This document shows, in pieces, positions 32,101 to 43,671 of a stretch of DNA of 64,000 nucleotides. Both the position numbers and the translations under genes were made by a program. Origin of the DNA: Porphyridium purpureum (Eukaryota); the NCBI GenBank assembly GCA_008690995.1, contig VRMN01000015.1, positions 124,001 through 188,000 on the forward strand, read 5' to 3'. The stretch's first letter is position 1, and each line of letters begins with the position of its first letter. The notes under the pieces were generated by a model that was not told where the DNA came from, did not search any database, and was given only the letters and a program-made list of their open reading frames with translations.

Positions 32101-33246
32101 ATGTCAAAGTCGATCGCCGTGCTGGATCCGGGCTCGACGCGGTTCAAATGCGGGCTTTCCGGAGAGGCCGTGCCCAAGGCGACGTTTGCAAGCGTGATCG
32201 CAATGCGCGCGGACGCGGACGCGACAAACGCGTCCGCCGCAGGACTCAAGAAGGTCAACAAGGACATGCACAAGGCCGAGTTTGTCGGTGAGGAAGTGCT
32301 CACGCAGAAGCAGGCCCTGAATCCGGTGCATTACCCAATACAGCGCGGCGAAGTGAAAGACTGGGAGCATATGGAGCTCTTGTACTACCAGGCGCTGCAC
32401 AATGAGCTCAAGATCGACCCCTCGCAGCACGCCGTGTTTGTCGTGGGCTCGCCGCTCAGCACGACGCGCGACCGCGAACACATCGCACAGATTATGTTCG
32501 AGTCCTTTGCTGTGCCCCGGCTGCGCATTCTGGATCACGCGGCGTGCTGCATCGTAGCGGCGGGGAAGGCATCGGGTATGGTCATTGAGATGGGCGGCTC
32601 GGGTACGACCGTGTCACCCGTGTACGAAGGTGTGACCATGCGCCTGAATGTGCAGAGAGCGAATGTTGGCGGCGCCGACATTTCAGCTTACATTGCCAAG
32701 CAATTAGCCCAGGCCAACCCAGGCGGGTCCAAGTACGACACGCCGGCACAAATGGAGCGCGTCAAGGAAATCAAGCATTCTGTTTGCCAAGTGTCGGAAA
32801 CGGTGCTTTCTAAAATTGACCCCGCGCTCGCCACTGAGTATGTGCTTCCGGACGGGCAAAGGGTCAAGGTACCTGCATCAGCCGTGGTGGGTGCAGAGGG
32901 CTACTTCAATCCGGCGCTGATCGGCGCCACCGAACGCCCGCTGAACCATCTAGTACATGGTTCGCTAGCAGTTTGCTCCGATGCAGTGCGCACCATGCTG
33001 CTCCAAAATGTCGTGCTTTCTGGCGGTTCAAGTCTATTTCCGGGTATGATCAAGCGTATTGAGAACGAGGTGAATAGCGTCATGAAACCAAAGCACATTG
33101 TCAAGGCCATTGCGCCGCCTGAGCGCGAGTACACCGCTTGGCTAGGCGGCGCAACGCTTGCCGCTCTCGGCACGTTTCCGCAGGTGTGCGTATCTATGGC
33201 AGATTATAATGAGTTTGGTCCAGGCATTGTGCGGAGACATTGGTGA
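32101..33246 (+). CDS. Divergent actin-related protein
   Basis: VLDPGS, YPIQRG, IMFESF, PVYEG, YVLPDGQ, NVVLSGGSSLFPG, APPEREYTAWLGG, YNEFGPGIVRR. Confidence 0.9.
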   Translation: MSKSIAVLDPGSTRFKCGLSGEAVPKATFASVIAMRADADATNASAAGLKKVNKDMHKAEFVGEEVLTQKQALNPVHYPIQRGEVKDWEHMELLYYQALHNELKIDPSQHAVFVVGSPLSTTRDREHIAQIMFESFAVPRLRILDHAACCIVAAGKASGMVIEMGGSGTTVSPVYEGVTMRLNVQRANVGGADISAYIAKQLAQANPGGSKYDTPAQMERVKEIKHSVCQVSETVLSKIDPALATEYVLPDGQRVKVPASAVVGAEGYFNPALIGATERPLNHLVHGSLAVCSDAVRTMLLQNVVLSGGSSLFPGMIKRIENEVNSVMKPKHIVKAIAPPEREYTAWLGGATLAALGTFPQVCVSMADYNEFGPGIVRRHW

Positions 33247-33457
33247 TACGCCGGAGCGATGGGTGCGCGTTCCCTATGGCTGGGTCTTGCTGTTCTGTCG
33301 TACGTCTAGTCAATCACATTTTAAGGCAAAAACGGTACCCGTCATTTAAAGTTTATCTCGCAACATTTCGTGGCCTCGACTGCAGCAGAGTAAGAAAGGT
33401 AAAGACAGCGAGGTACATAGCAAAGGATTTACCCGTATAGACCAGTTCTCGGGGAGT

Positions 33458-36220
33458 TCACTGAACCCAATCGGCGACAGCCACCCTGCGTGGAACGGAG
33501 TGCGATTTGGAATCCGACTGTTGCGGAAGATACCATGCGGGTGTTGTACCAGACTCCTGCTCTGACTGATCCTTTGCATCCCTCGCGCCGTCGACTGCGA
33601 CTGCGACTACAGCTGACGTTTTCTGTCGCGAACCGGGTATGTCTGCACCTGTGGCCGTGCTTCTCACGTCATCATCGGCTTCTACGCCGCGCTTGTGTCC
33701 CAGCACTTCGTTGACGCACGCGACTAGCACCTTGCCCTTTAACAAGATTTCATCATATTCGCTTGCCGCCTCCGACAGGGCAGTGATGGCCCCGCCTACA
33801 CCTATTTCGACGCTGCGACTGCGAACAACTGCTGTGCGAATCACTACATTCAACTCGGCAGCATTGTTTAAGGAGAAGTAGCCGATGCAACCCGAGTAGA
33901 TCCCGCGCGCCGAGTGCTCCAATGAATCAATAATCTCGAGCGTGCGCAGCTTGGGGGCGCCAGTCATGGAACCCATTGGAAACGCCGCGCGAATGCAGCG
34001 CACGGCAGCGCCGTCCGACGCTGGCAACTGACCGGAGATGGTGCTCACCATCTGGTGTACCGTGGCGAAGCTCTCAATATGCATCAGTTGAGGCACTTGC
34101 ACGGAAGCGAGCTCACACACACGGCCCAAATCGTTCCGGACAAGATCGACAATCATGAGATTCTCAGCGCGGTCCTTAACTGACGATTCGAGATTTCGGC
34201 GCAAGTCGGCATCCTCGCTAGGGCAGGACGGTGCGCGACGCGCAGTGCCTTTGATGGGGCGAGAGGTCACTTGTCCGCTCACTGCAATCTTGAGAAATCG
34301 CTCTGGGGACGAGCAGCAGACTGACAGATCTGGCTGTACCCGCAAGAAACAGGAGTAAGGTGCTGGGTTCGCGTCGCGCAGATGCGCGTATAGATCAAAT
34401 GCGTCCGCGATCACACACTCGGCTCGCAACCGATTTGTGAGGCATATCTCATACGACTCGCCCTCTGTAATTTTTCTCTGGCAGGCAGCAATATCGTCCA
34501 TGTATTCTTCGCACGATCGCTCGGGAACAAAAAGAACTTCCGGAACCGACAGCTTCTTGGTGTTAGATCTGCGGCTCTTCGGTTTTTTCCCGCGCAACTG
34601 CTCCAGAACACGCTCTACCTGGTCGATCCACTCAAAGTCCCTTTCGTCTCTGCCCATGCAAACAATGTACACGTCTTTCGACAGAGCGTCAAACGCAAGA
34701 AATCGGTCCGCGAAGATGAGCGCCGCATCAGGATCACTGGACCTATGCCGATTTCGGCTTCTGTTCGAAGAGTCGTCAAGGTCCATCACTACACTTTCTT
34801 GCTTGAGTTCGTAGCCAAGATAACCCACATAGCCTCCAATAAAGTCAAAAGGAAGCCTCGTTTCTTTTTCAAAAGCCCAGAAGCCTCCCTGTCTGTCATA
34901 AAGCTTTCGGTCCATGTTCTCACATTTCAGCGCTATGCGCGTCTCCAAAAAGTCAAAGAAGCCCGCCCGGCAAATGAACGTTTGTTTTGTGTCAAAAAGC
35001 TGCTCATGCGATGGACTCGACTGCTTCTGCGGGACTTGAACAGTGACAGAGCGATCATCGACGTTGTACGACACCAATTCAGCATAGTCTCCGTCCGCCC
35101 TTCCCATGTATGAGAAACGTGCTCCATGTGCGGGATCGCTTGACGCAGAGTCCAGCCAAAATGAAGGAATAAAGTGTTCGCTGGTCGGTGCCCCTTCCGG
35201 GCACTCATTGCATTCACCAAAGAGGGACTCAAACACCACCTGCGTGTCCCAGTCAAAGTGCGAGTTGGTTGTACTGCGCAACGCACTGACTCGCGTATGC
35301 AGCGAACGATCACCGCAACTACTGCTGCTCCTGCTGTTACTGTGACTGCATGAGAGACTATCTCCCGCTTGATGTGCGAGTGGTGAATCCTGGGCACTAC
35401 CGTTCATGTGCGATTTCTGCAGGGCTCCTGTGCTCTGTCTCGGCTCGAGTCTCTGACCCAAGTTCACATCAAGCCGCGAGTTTTGCCGCAAACGAGTCGA
35501 TATGAGTCGAAAGTTGTTAAGCAAGCGGAGTCCGCAACGTGTACCAATCGATTCCGGATGGAACTGGACGCCAAAGAACGGAAGACTCGTGTGTTGCACA
35601 GCCATCACCGTCCCAGGCGCCTGTTCCCAGCCACCCGGCCCTTGAGTCTCGTAAGACCAAGCGGTGATCTTGAGAGGTGGCATGATTGTATGCGGCACTG
35701 CTGCCAGCGAGTGGTATCGTACTACTTGCTCACCGTGCGGCTGAATACCGTCAAACAGCAGTGCAGAATCAGTACCGCTACAATCGCCTTCATCAGCCAC
35801 AGTTAATCTAGACAGTCGGCCATGCACCGGACCTTCAGTGGACAGCTGCACCTGCGCGCCAAATGCCACGCACAAGCCTTGGTGCCCAAGACACACTCCC
35901 AGCACCGGCACGGGACCGTGCGAGTCCTTTGCACACAAATCCCAAACCTGCGCGCACATCCCAAAATCTTCGACACGGTCTGGACGCCCTGGACCTGGGG
36001 AGATGACCACATTATCAAAGGGACCCAGCGCATCCCACGCGGCGCGCAAACATCCGCCAAACGCGTCATTGCGCACCACGACGGGCGCCACACCATTCAC
36101 ATGGCCAAGCATGTGATACAAGTTATACGTGTAACTATCATAGTTATCCAGCAGCAACGTGCGCGTCGGCAGCTCCGCAGAACCATCTGCACATGCTCCT
36201 CTCTCATCTTCCTGTCGCAT
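33458..36220 (-). CDS. ADCS: Bifunctional aminodeoxychorismate synthase (PabA-PabB fusion)
   Basis: GATase LLDNYDSYTYNL, ISPGPG, GVCLGHQ, VRYHSL, QFHPES; synthase GESYEICLT, NPAPY, RPIKGT, AENLMIVDLVRND, PMGSMTGAPK. Start uncertain. Confidence 0.94.
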   Translation of the reverse strand: MRQEDERGACADGSAELPTRTLLLDNYDSYTYNLYHMLGHVNGVAPVVVRNDAFGGCLRAAWDALGPFDNVVISPGPGRPDRVEDFGMCAQVWDLCAKDSHGPVPVLGVCLGHQGLCVAFGAQVQLSTEGPVHGRLSRLTVADEGDCSGTDSALLFDGIQPHGEQVVRYHSLAAVPHTIMPPLKITAWSYETQGPGGWEQAPGTVMAVQHTSLPFFGVQFHPESIGTRCGLRLLNNFRLISTRLRQNSRLDVNLGQRLEPRQSTGALQKSHMNGSAQDSPLAHQAGDSLSCSHSNSRSSSSCGDRSLHTRVSALRSTTNSHFDWDTQVVFESLFGECNECPEGAPTSEHFIPSFWLDSASSDPAHGARFSYMGRADGDYAELVSYNVDDRSVTVQVPQKQSSPSHEQLFDTKQTFICRAGFFDFLETRIALKCENMDRKLYDRQGGFWAFEKETRLPFDFIGGYVGYLGYELKQESVVMDLDDSSNRSRNRHRSSDPDAALIFADRFLAFDALSKDVYIVCMGRDERDFEWIDQVERVLEQLRGKKPKSRRSNTKKLSVPEVLFVPERSCEEYMDDIAACQRKITEGESYEICLTNRLRAECVIADAFDLYAHLRDANPAPYSCFLRVQPDLSVCCSSPERFLKIAVSGQVTSRPIKGTARRAPSCPSEDADLRRNLESSVKDRAENLMIVDLVRNDLGRVCELASVQVPQLMHIESFATVHQMVSTISGQLPASDGAAVRCIRAAFPMGSMTGAPKLRTLEIIDSLEHSARGIYSGCIGYFSLNNAAELNVVIRTAVVRSRSVEIGVGGAITALSEAASEYDEILLKGKVLVACVNEVLGHKRGVEADDDVRSTATGADIPGSRQKTSAVVAVAVDGARDAKDQSEQESGTTPAWYLPQQSDSKSHSVPRRVAVADWVQ

Positions 36221-37205
36221 CCTGCCTCGCTTTGTCACTGTTCCTCTCTCCGTCGTCTTTGGCACCCACGCCACTGCGACTGCGTTCACGTTTTACAACC
36301 CACAGCTCCACGCCGAGGAAAGTTGAATATGCGACTCACGCGCGCGGACCTCGCGCAGAATCCACGCTATGCTGCGCGTCTGCCGAGCGCGCCAGTCCAC
36401 ATCTGTCTCTCTTCTTCCTCGTCGTCCTCTCTCTCTCTCTCGCTCTCTTTCCACACACCGCGCGCGCCACCCGCGAGTTCAGTCACCACCCAAACAATGC
36501 CGCATTCTTCTGCAATGCCGCATTCATCCCAACCCCTTCTTCCGTTTTCTAATGTCCCACGCAATAAATAACGTGAAATAATCCGATAAAAAAGGAGCCA
36601 CCGCCATGCGCCACGCGGGTCGCTGTTCAGTTCGAGGTACAGCCGCGCGACGCACACGCACGTATCGAGCGCGTGTGATGTTTTGGCCGCGTTGGGTGAT
36701 TTTCCGCGTGCGAGCTGTCAGTTTTCGGGGTTTTTGGCAGTTTCGGTTTTTTGGGGTTCGTTTTCGACGTGTTTCGTGGTGAAAAGGCGGGGGCGGAAGG
36801 GGGAAAGGGACAAGGTCTGGAGTGAGTCTGGATGGTGAGTCGTGCCATTTCTCGCACTGTGCGCCAGCGTGCAGTTCGTGGAACGTGTGTGAGTGTGAGT
36901 GAACCTGGGTGTCACGCTGCGCGTGTTGAAACGGAGTGGCTTGGGACCCGGTTTTGCTCTGTGAAGCAGTAGGCTTTCACGCACACTCAGCAGGACTGAC
37001 AGAGGCGTGTTTGTCTCTTAGTACGAGCCAGTGTGATTGCGTTTGTGCGTCCCTGATTGGCGTGCTGAGACTCTTACTGAAGAGTTTCGCGGCGACGTGG
37101 GAGACATACGTTTGTTCGGTTGGTTGAAACCCAAGTGACAGCGTGCGTGCGTGCGCGCGCAAAGTGTTCGTGCGTGCCCAAGCGCGCGTCTGGCAAAGTG
37201 GAAGA

Positions 37206-40027
37206 ATGGATCGTATGCGCAGCGTGACCCCGGCCGGAAGACTGGTTGTGCTCTTGCTTCTGGCGTGTCTGTGGAAGTGGACGTATGCTTCCCTGGAAGA
37301 GGCGCAGCCGCTGCGCCGGCACGGCACAGAACCAGGCAATGTCAACGCACCAAACGCTCTCCGCATTCCGTCGGCGCGGCCCTTCTTGCAGGAGCAAGTG
37401 CTGAGTCGGCAAGTCGAGCGACAAGGGACCCGCGGTTACGCTCGCTGGATGCCTCGTTGGCTTGGAAGAGCGCGCACAGTTGGTCAGCAGAGCGAGGAGC
37501 AGGATCAGAAGCAGCACTATTTGATCATCCTCGAGAGCCCACAGGAGCGCGCACGCGTGCAGCGCCAATTTGGCATCACGCTGTCGCACGTTTACAGCGT
37601 CGCGGCGTATGACTGCCTTCTTTCGCTGGAGCAGGCGCTTGAGCTACATGAGGACGCGGCGGTTGTGTGGATGGGTCGCCCGAATGGGACTCACAAGCTC
37701 TCCACATCGTTACAACGCACAATACGCGAACTTGGCGCCGCATCGCCGCATCGCCGAGCGGCAGCGGCAGCGGCAGCGGCAGCGACAGCGACAGCGACAG
37801 CGACAGCAGCTTTTCTCTGAGCGTCGTCCTGGCTCGCGCAGTGGACTCGCGCGCGCCTTCGAGCTCTCAGATGCTGTCGCAGTGGCTCGCGCAGCCCATC
37901 TTTCAACGTGTTGCGGGTATCTCGATCGAAGCCGACTCTCCGGCTTCGTTGCGATTGACCGTGACGAATCCTGCCGCGGGCACGTTCAACGAGCTCATCG
38001 CGCACTTGCAAAGTCAGGACAGCGTGATATTTGTCGAGCTAGCCCGTTCGTACGCACTTCTGAATCGATACTCTGCCGCGGTACTCCAGTCTGGCAATGA
38101 AACTGGTCCGGCGCGCTCCGAATCAGCGCTGCTGTGGCGACACAATATTGGCGGACAGGGTCAAATGATTCACATCAGCGATACGGGCGTCGACTATGAC
38201 GGATGCTACTTTCGCGACACGTTGGACTCGTGGACCCCGGTGGACAATACGGGCGCGTGCTACCCGGAGAAGCGGAACCTGCGATGCTACTTTTCCACTG
38301 CCGACTTCCACGACGCGCAGGCGCACGGCACACATGTTGCCGGTACCGCGGCCGGGCGGCATGCTGGCACGATCACCGGTGACAACAGTGTCACGGAGCT
38401 CGCCGACCTGGACCAAAACAATGGAATGGCGCCCGGTGCGCTCATTGTCTTCACAGACATTGGACTGAGTGATGGAACGCTGGTGCTCCCTCAGGACCTT
38501 AGTGGCTACTTTCTCAGCGAGCCGTACAACCGCGGTGCTCGCATCTCTTCGCACAGCTGGGGCTGCTTCGCGAGCGACCTGTCGGCGTGCTACACATACG
38601 ACTTACAATCAAGGTCCACCGACGCTTTTCTCTTTTCAAACTTGGACGCCGTTGCGCTCTTTGCCGCTGGCAATTCCGGCACCGCGTACACTCCGTATGG
38701 CGACGGCAGGCGTACGGTCTCTGCGCCCGCGCTTGCGAAGAACATAATCTCGGTCGGTGCTACGCAGACGTCCAGGCAGAGCGTAGAACCGTGCGATGGC
38801 AACGTGCCGTGCTCGGCGCAGAATCTCGCGCTCTTCTCGTCTCGTGGCAGGACCTTTGATGAGAGGTACAAGCCTGACCTTGTGTTTGTAGGAGAACGTG
38901 TGTTTTCGGCCAGGTCGTCCGGTGATCCAACGGACGGCGATGATCTGGGCTTCAACGCACAGTGCCAGCTCAATTTCCCACCCGATGATTTTCGGATCAG
39001 TGGGACCAGCATGGCGACGCCTGGCGTTGCGGGCGCCGCGGCCATGGTGCGACAGTACTTGATGGAATTCGACATCCGCACCGGCCGGCGAAGGGAGAAT
39101 GGCACCTTCCCAGATGGTAAAGGTCCATCTGGCGCGCTGGTCAAGGCCATGCTGATGCAGGCGGCCGAAGTGCCAACCGGCACCTATCAGTACCTTCAGT
39201 CGTCCGGACTTTTCACCTTTCCACTTTCCATTCGTGAATCAGATGATCCGCGGGCTTTGGTAGGCCGCGGGCTGCCGAACTTGCGCCGCATTGTCCGCTT
39301 TGACGATGATGATGCGCAAACGCGGCGCAGACAAGTCTTTCCGCATGACCGCTACCAATTGCTGAGTGCCGGGGAAACACTGACCTGGCGATTTGGCGTC
39401 TCGGATACCGATGCCACACTCAAGGTAACTTTGATCTACCACGATGCGCCGGGGCCCTTGGTGGACGCCGGCAGTGCGAGCTCCGGAACACCCGTGCTCA
39501 TCAATGATCTGGACTTGGTGGTTCGATGCTCTGGTGTGGCGTGCGCATTCACGGAGCTAAATGATCTGGGAAGAACCGAGAATGTGGCCCAAGTGACAGC
39601 ATCAACGGCGACACTGGAGGATCTTGTCGTTTGTGATACCTTGGCGGACGCAAGTTTGACACCGGATGACTGCTTGGCCATTGAGTTGACGGTGATTGTT
39701 TCGGCGGAAAAGATTTCGATTGGACCGCAGCAATTTGCGCTGGTGGTGTCTGGTTTGTCCCTGGAAGAGATTGCGATACCGCCTTCGAACTTCGAGCCAA
39801 ACTGGTCGACTCTCGCCGCAGATCCTCCAGGAGATGACCTTGGAGAAGACCCGTCGTCTAACGATCTACCGCTAGTCGTCATCATTGGCGCGGCAGTTGG
39901 TGGAGCGGTGCTTGCGATCTCGGTGGCCGTGTGTTTCTGTATTATCCGTCGCGGTCGAAATTCCAAGACTGTTGATGACTTTGCCGACGGTCCGCCCGCG
40001 CTGTGGTCGCAGTCCAGCACAATATAA
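37206..40027 (+). pseudogene. Membrane-anchored subtilisin-like S8 protease, frameshifted near 37737-37752 (true disruption or assembly error)
   Basis: ORF1 carries the signal peptide and propeptide. ORF2 carries ISDTGVD, HGTHVAGT, FAAGN, SGTSMATP and a C-terminal TM helix. Removing one copy of GCCGCATC fuses the two ORFs. Confidence 0.8.
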
Positions 40028-41222
40028 GTGGTGGCTGGTCGTTTGTATTTCTATTCAGTTACTGAGCCGTTCCGCAGGGAGTCGAGATTTGTATTCATTT
40101 TTGTTCGAGCAAGTGTCCTTTCCATGCGAAGTTACTCCACCCTGACTTCTTGCACTAGACTGAGCGCGCAGACGGGATTGGGTGAGAGCGAACTACAAGT
40201 TACCTTTCTCACAAGCAGGCTGATTTTCGGTCAAGTATTGTCCATCCGTAATGGTGCGAAAACTCACCGATTTTTCGTGTCACGTCACGAGGAGCATAGC
40301 TTTTGCGCGCACGTCCATTCATTGAACAAAGCACTTACCCGCCATGAACAACATCGTCCAACTCCTTCTTCTCCTTGCCCAACTACACCGTACTTTCGAG
40401 CTCGGACTTTTTGGTTCGGGCCTTTGTGGCCCGCGACACGGCGTGCTCTACAAGCTCTCCCGGCAGCCGCAGCCCCACGACGGTCTGGAATTCGCGCGAC
40501 GATAGCGTCCTTTTCTCCGAGTCAGGCGCCCACCTGGCTACATCAGCCGCAGTACGCACAAAATAACCATGCAGCCAACGCGCTCATGATCGACATTCTT
40601 TTCACTGCGATGCGCGTGTCTATTCGCAGCTGCTCGAGCAGCTCTTCAGTGTCGACACCGCACACCCCGTTGCGACACTTCTTCTTCTTGCTCTTCCTCT
40701 CATTCTCCTTCTTGATCAATTTGCTTTGTCACCGTCTCCAAGCTATCGGCAGACCAGGCTCTTCGCTCTCGTCTTTTCCACACGCAAACCATTCCTCTGC
40801 TCTTTCCTCCTGTCTCTCTCTCTCTCTCCCTCTTCCATGAGCGCACACGCCAATCCACACCTCACTGCCGTTACACGCGAGCTCCTATTTCCACCTCGCC
40901 GAAGTACAGTGAGGTACACGACTCCATTAAACAAGATATTAAATAATATAATATTTAATCTAAAACATTAAAATAACAGACGCTGCAACGTGGAAGGCGA
41001 TTTTCGTTTGGCAGCGGGCGAATGACATGGGAGCAGGATGGGAGCAGTCGGTGGTCACCGAGAGAGCGAGAGCGCGCAGCCAGGCGGACGGCCGTCCTCG
41101 GCAGCCACACGCAAGATCGGCTATGGTTTCTGTGATGAGTCTGTCCTGCACAAGAAGAACGAACGGCGGTGCGGGCCTTGGCGCGCAGATCGTCAATAAC
41201 GGCGCGGATTCGCACGGCAAAC

Positions 41223-42842
41223 ATGGCCGCACATGAGCCGACGGCTTGCGCGGCCCAGGCGCGGCGCTCATGCGAGCAGAGGGTTGCAGAGACAGATGGG
41301 TTCAGCCAAAGTGGGTCGTGGAGCCGGCGTGCGGTGGTACTTGTCGTTGTGGGGTTGACAATTTTGATCGGCGGCGTGCTGCTGTCCGCGTCGGCGGCTC
41401 GAGCAGACCGGCACCCACATCCAAAGCGGCTGCGCCAGCATCCCGTTGAGCTGCTACCTTTGGGAAGAAATTTGGGGCGTGCATTTGAGGCGCTTGAAAA
41501 AGCCGAGGAGGAGCTTCCAGAAAGCCAAACCGAGCAGTCGCAGAGCGCAAGGATCACCGTCCCGTTTTACATGTATGACCCCAACCACTTCGCGGGCTTT
41601 CAAAACTGCTCGAAGGGATTGTGGAGCATCAAGCATGCGATTGACTACCTGTTCCTGCAAAGGCTTGAGAATCACGCGTGGCGGGTGAGACGGCCTGAGG
41701 ACGCGGAGCTGTTTGTCGTGCCTGTGCTGCTCAGTACGTTGGCAGCAGAGGGAAAATGTAAAGTTGGCTTGCAGGAAGGTATCACACAGATGAAAAGGTA
41801 TTTGGCAGGAAGCACGTGGTTTACTGAACACGACGGCCGAGATCACCTGATTCTGATGCCCGGCTTTCAGAAACACGCTCAGCTGCTCAACCTGCTCGGA
41901 CATAATCTGATTATCGGCTCTTATACTCGAGACGACATGCGCGACCACGCCAACGTTTTTGTCGTGGGCTTCTTGGACCACTACGCCTCGCTAACATTCA
42001 ATACGCGGAACGCGTCAGGGTACTTTTCGGAGTGGAACTACAGAAACAGTGCAAAATTACCGCGCGACTTGGTGGTTCGATGGATGGGATCCAACAGGTA
42101 CTGGAATGGAAGCCCGATCAAGCCGCGGCTCAATCGGAAGGCTCTTTTTGAAGTGCGCGACACGAATGCCACTCGTGAAGTTTACCACGATGTGTTCCTG
42201 ACCATACGAGATCACTTTAAAGGTAGTCCACCGCAAGCTCCGCATTGTAATGGATCCGAATTCATGGCTTTTACTGAAGCGTACGGTAGCTTGCCGTGTG
42301 TCGGTGAGAGCCCTGTTTTGAATGCGACGCTGTCAAGCTGGGTGGCTGACCGCTGCGTGCAACCCCTTACGTTTTCGAGGCAGGTGGCCCAGCGAATCAC
42401 AGAACGTGCGCATTTCTCGTTTGTACTCTACGGCGACAACCCAGAGAGCGACACGCTCTACAATTCGATTGCCGGGCGCTCGATTCCGGTTCTCTTTGTT
42501 GAGGACGCCGAGCGCGATCATCTGTATGAGTGTATGGCTCACTTTGACTTTCCGTGGAAGGATATCGTTTTGGTGTTCAGTGGGTCGGAATTTCGGCGAG
42601 ATCCGATGCGCGTGGTGCAGCATCTGCGCCATTTGGTCGCCTCTGAGCCAGATGACCTGGCGCGCAGAGTGGAAACGATCGATGCGTACGCCCGCGACAT
42701 TGTGTGGTCAGAGCCGGACTCGCGCGTGCACGAGAGTATCCTCATCGACGCCTGGAGACACATGAAAGGTACGCTTCCAAGAAGAATTGATCCTCCCAAG
42801 ATGCATGTTTTTGGCGAGCAGCTGAATACGGAGAGGACGTGA
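41223..42842 (+). CDS. Exostosin-like glycosyltransferase (GT47), type II membrane protein
   Basis: TM VVLVVVGLTILIGGVLL; FYMYD, PEDAELFVVP, GRDH, F-x-L-x-GD...LYNSI...IPV. Confidence 0.8.
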   Translation: MAAHEPTACAAQARRSCEQRVAETDGFSQSGSWSRRAVVLVVVGLTILIGGVLLSASAARADRHPHPKRLRQHPVELLPLGRNLGRAFEALEKAEEELPESQTEQSQSARITVPFYMYDPNHFAGFQNCSKGLWSIKHAIDYLFLQRLENHAWRVRRPEDAELFVVPVLLSTLAAEGKCKVGLQEGITQMKRYLAGSTWFTEHDGRDHLILMPGFQKHAQLLNLLGHNLIIGSYTRDDMRDHANVFVVGFLDHYASLTFNTRNASGYFSEWNYRNSAKLPRDLVVRWMGSNRYWNGSPIKPRLNRKALFEVRDTNATREVYHDVFLTIRDHFKGSPPQAPHCNGSEFMAFTEAYGSLPCVGESPVLNATLSSWVADRCVQPLTFSRQVAQRITERAHFSFVLYGDNPESDTLYNSIAGRSIPVLFVEDAERDHLYECMAHFDFPWKDIVLVFSGSEFRRDPMRVVQHLRHLVASEPDDLARRVETIDAYARDIVWSEPDSRVHESILIDAWRHMKGTLPRRIDPPKMHVFGEQLNTERT

Positions 42843-43368
42843 GCACAGCCGCGTGCATGACATGGCTTCATTTCGTGGAATGGCTTGCCGCTATTCGCAC
42901 TCCGCATCACTCGCACGAAATGTTGCTGGGAAATGAAGAGAGCGTCGCGGGGGAGGCCCAAGCGTCATGGTCCACGCATTGTTGCCTCACCTTGGTCTAC
43001 ACTTTCGGACAACGACGGAAATCTGTCTTTTCGGATAAGGCCGCCAGAACCTGAGTGTGTTTCATACGGCGTCGAGTCATGGTGGTGTGGGAAACACAAT
43101 TGTACTCATGTCGCTGAACAGCCCGCCGAGACTCTGCGGCGTGGCTATGACCGTGGTCTTTCATTAGCGTTTGGAATCTGCACCTCTGACCGGAAAGGAC
43201 GTGACCACCCATGTGAGACATGCTTGCCTCTCTTTTCTTTTAGGCGTCGGCCACACGTGCATCATGCGCAACACACCAATCACCGCAATCTCTCCGCCAG
43301 GTCCCAGCCTGCCGCGCTTCTTGCCTCTTCTGCGCACGCCGCACACGCAGACGCGAGCGTTTATGTCG

Positions 43369-43484
43369 TCATCACAGATGACACCTTTTTCATCCCAGAT
43401 GACACCTTTTTCATCCCAGATGACCATGTACGCTCAAGAGATGACATATTATTCATCACAGATGACATATCTGTCATCACGGAC
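43369..43484. repeat. 21-bp minisatellite of palindromic TCATC-N3-GATGA units upstream of Argonaute
   Basis: tcatcacagatgacacctttt / tcatcccagatgacacctttt / tcatcccagatgaccatgtac / gctcaagagatgacatattat / tcatcacagatgacatatctg / tcatcac. Confidence 0.85.
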
Positions 43485-43671
43485 GCGCGGGTCGCGCCTG
43501 CTCTGCGCGCAGTGGCGCAGCCGCGACTTTTTCGATGTGCGCAATCTGGCGAGAGTCTAGTAAAACGAGGGTGTTTTATTAGATAAATAGGGCGGGAGTC
43601 GAAGAGGGTCTAACGAGGAGAAAGAGAGAGGGAGAGAAGCAGAGAGGGAGAGAGAGGGAGAGGGAGGAAAG

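Noticed and set aside
21763..36220. trpE and PabAB as a chorismate-pathway gene cluster
   Set aside because: They are separated by four unrelated genes, so the proximity is plausibly chance in a compact genome.
43369..43484. Possible mini-CRISPR array next to Argonaute
   Set aside because: The period is only 21 bp with about 7-bp partly repeated linkers, there are no cas genes, and the context is eukaryotic.
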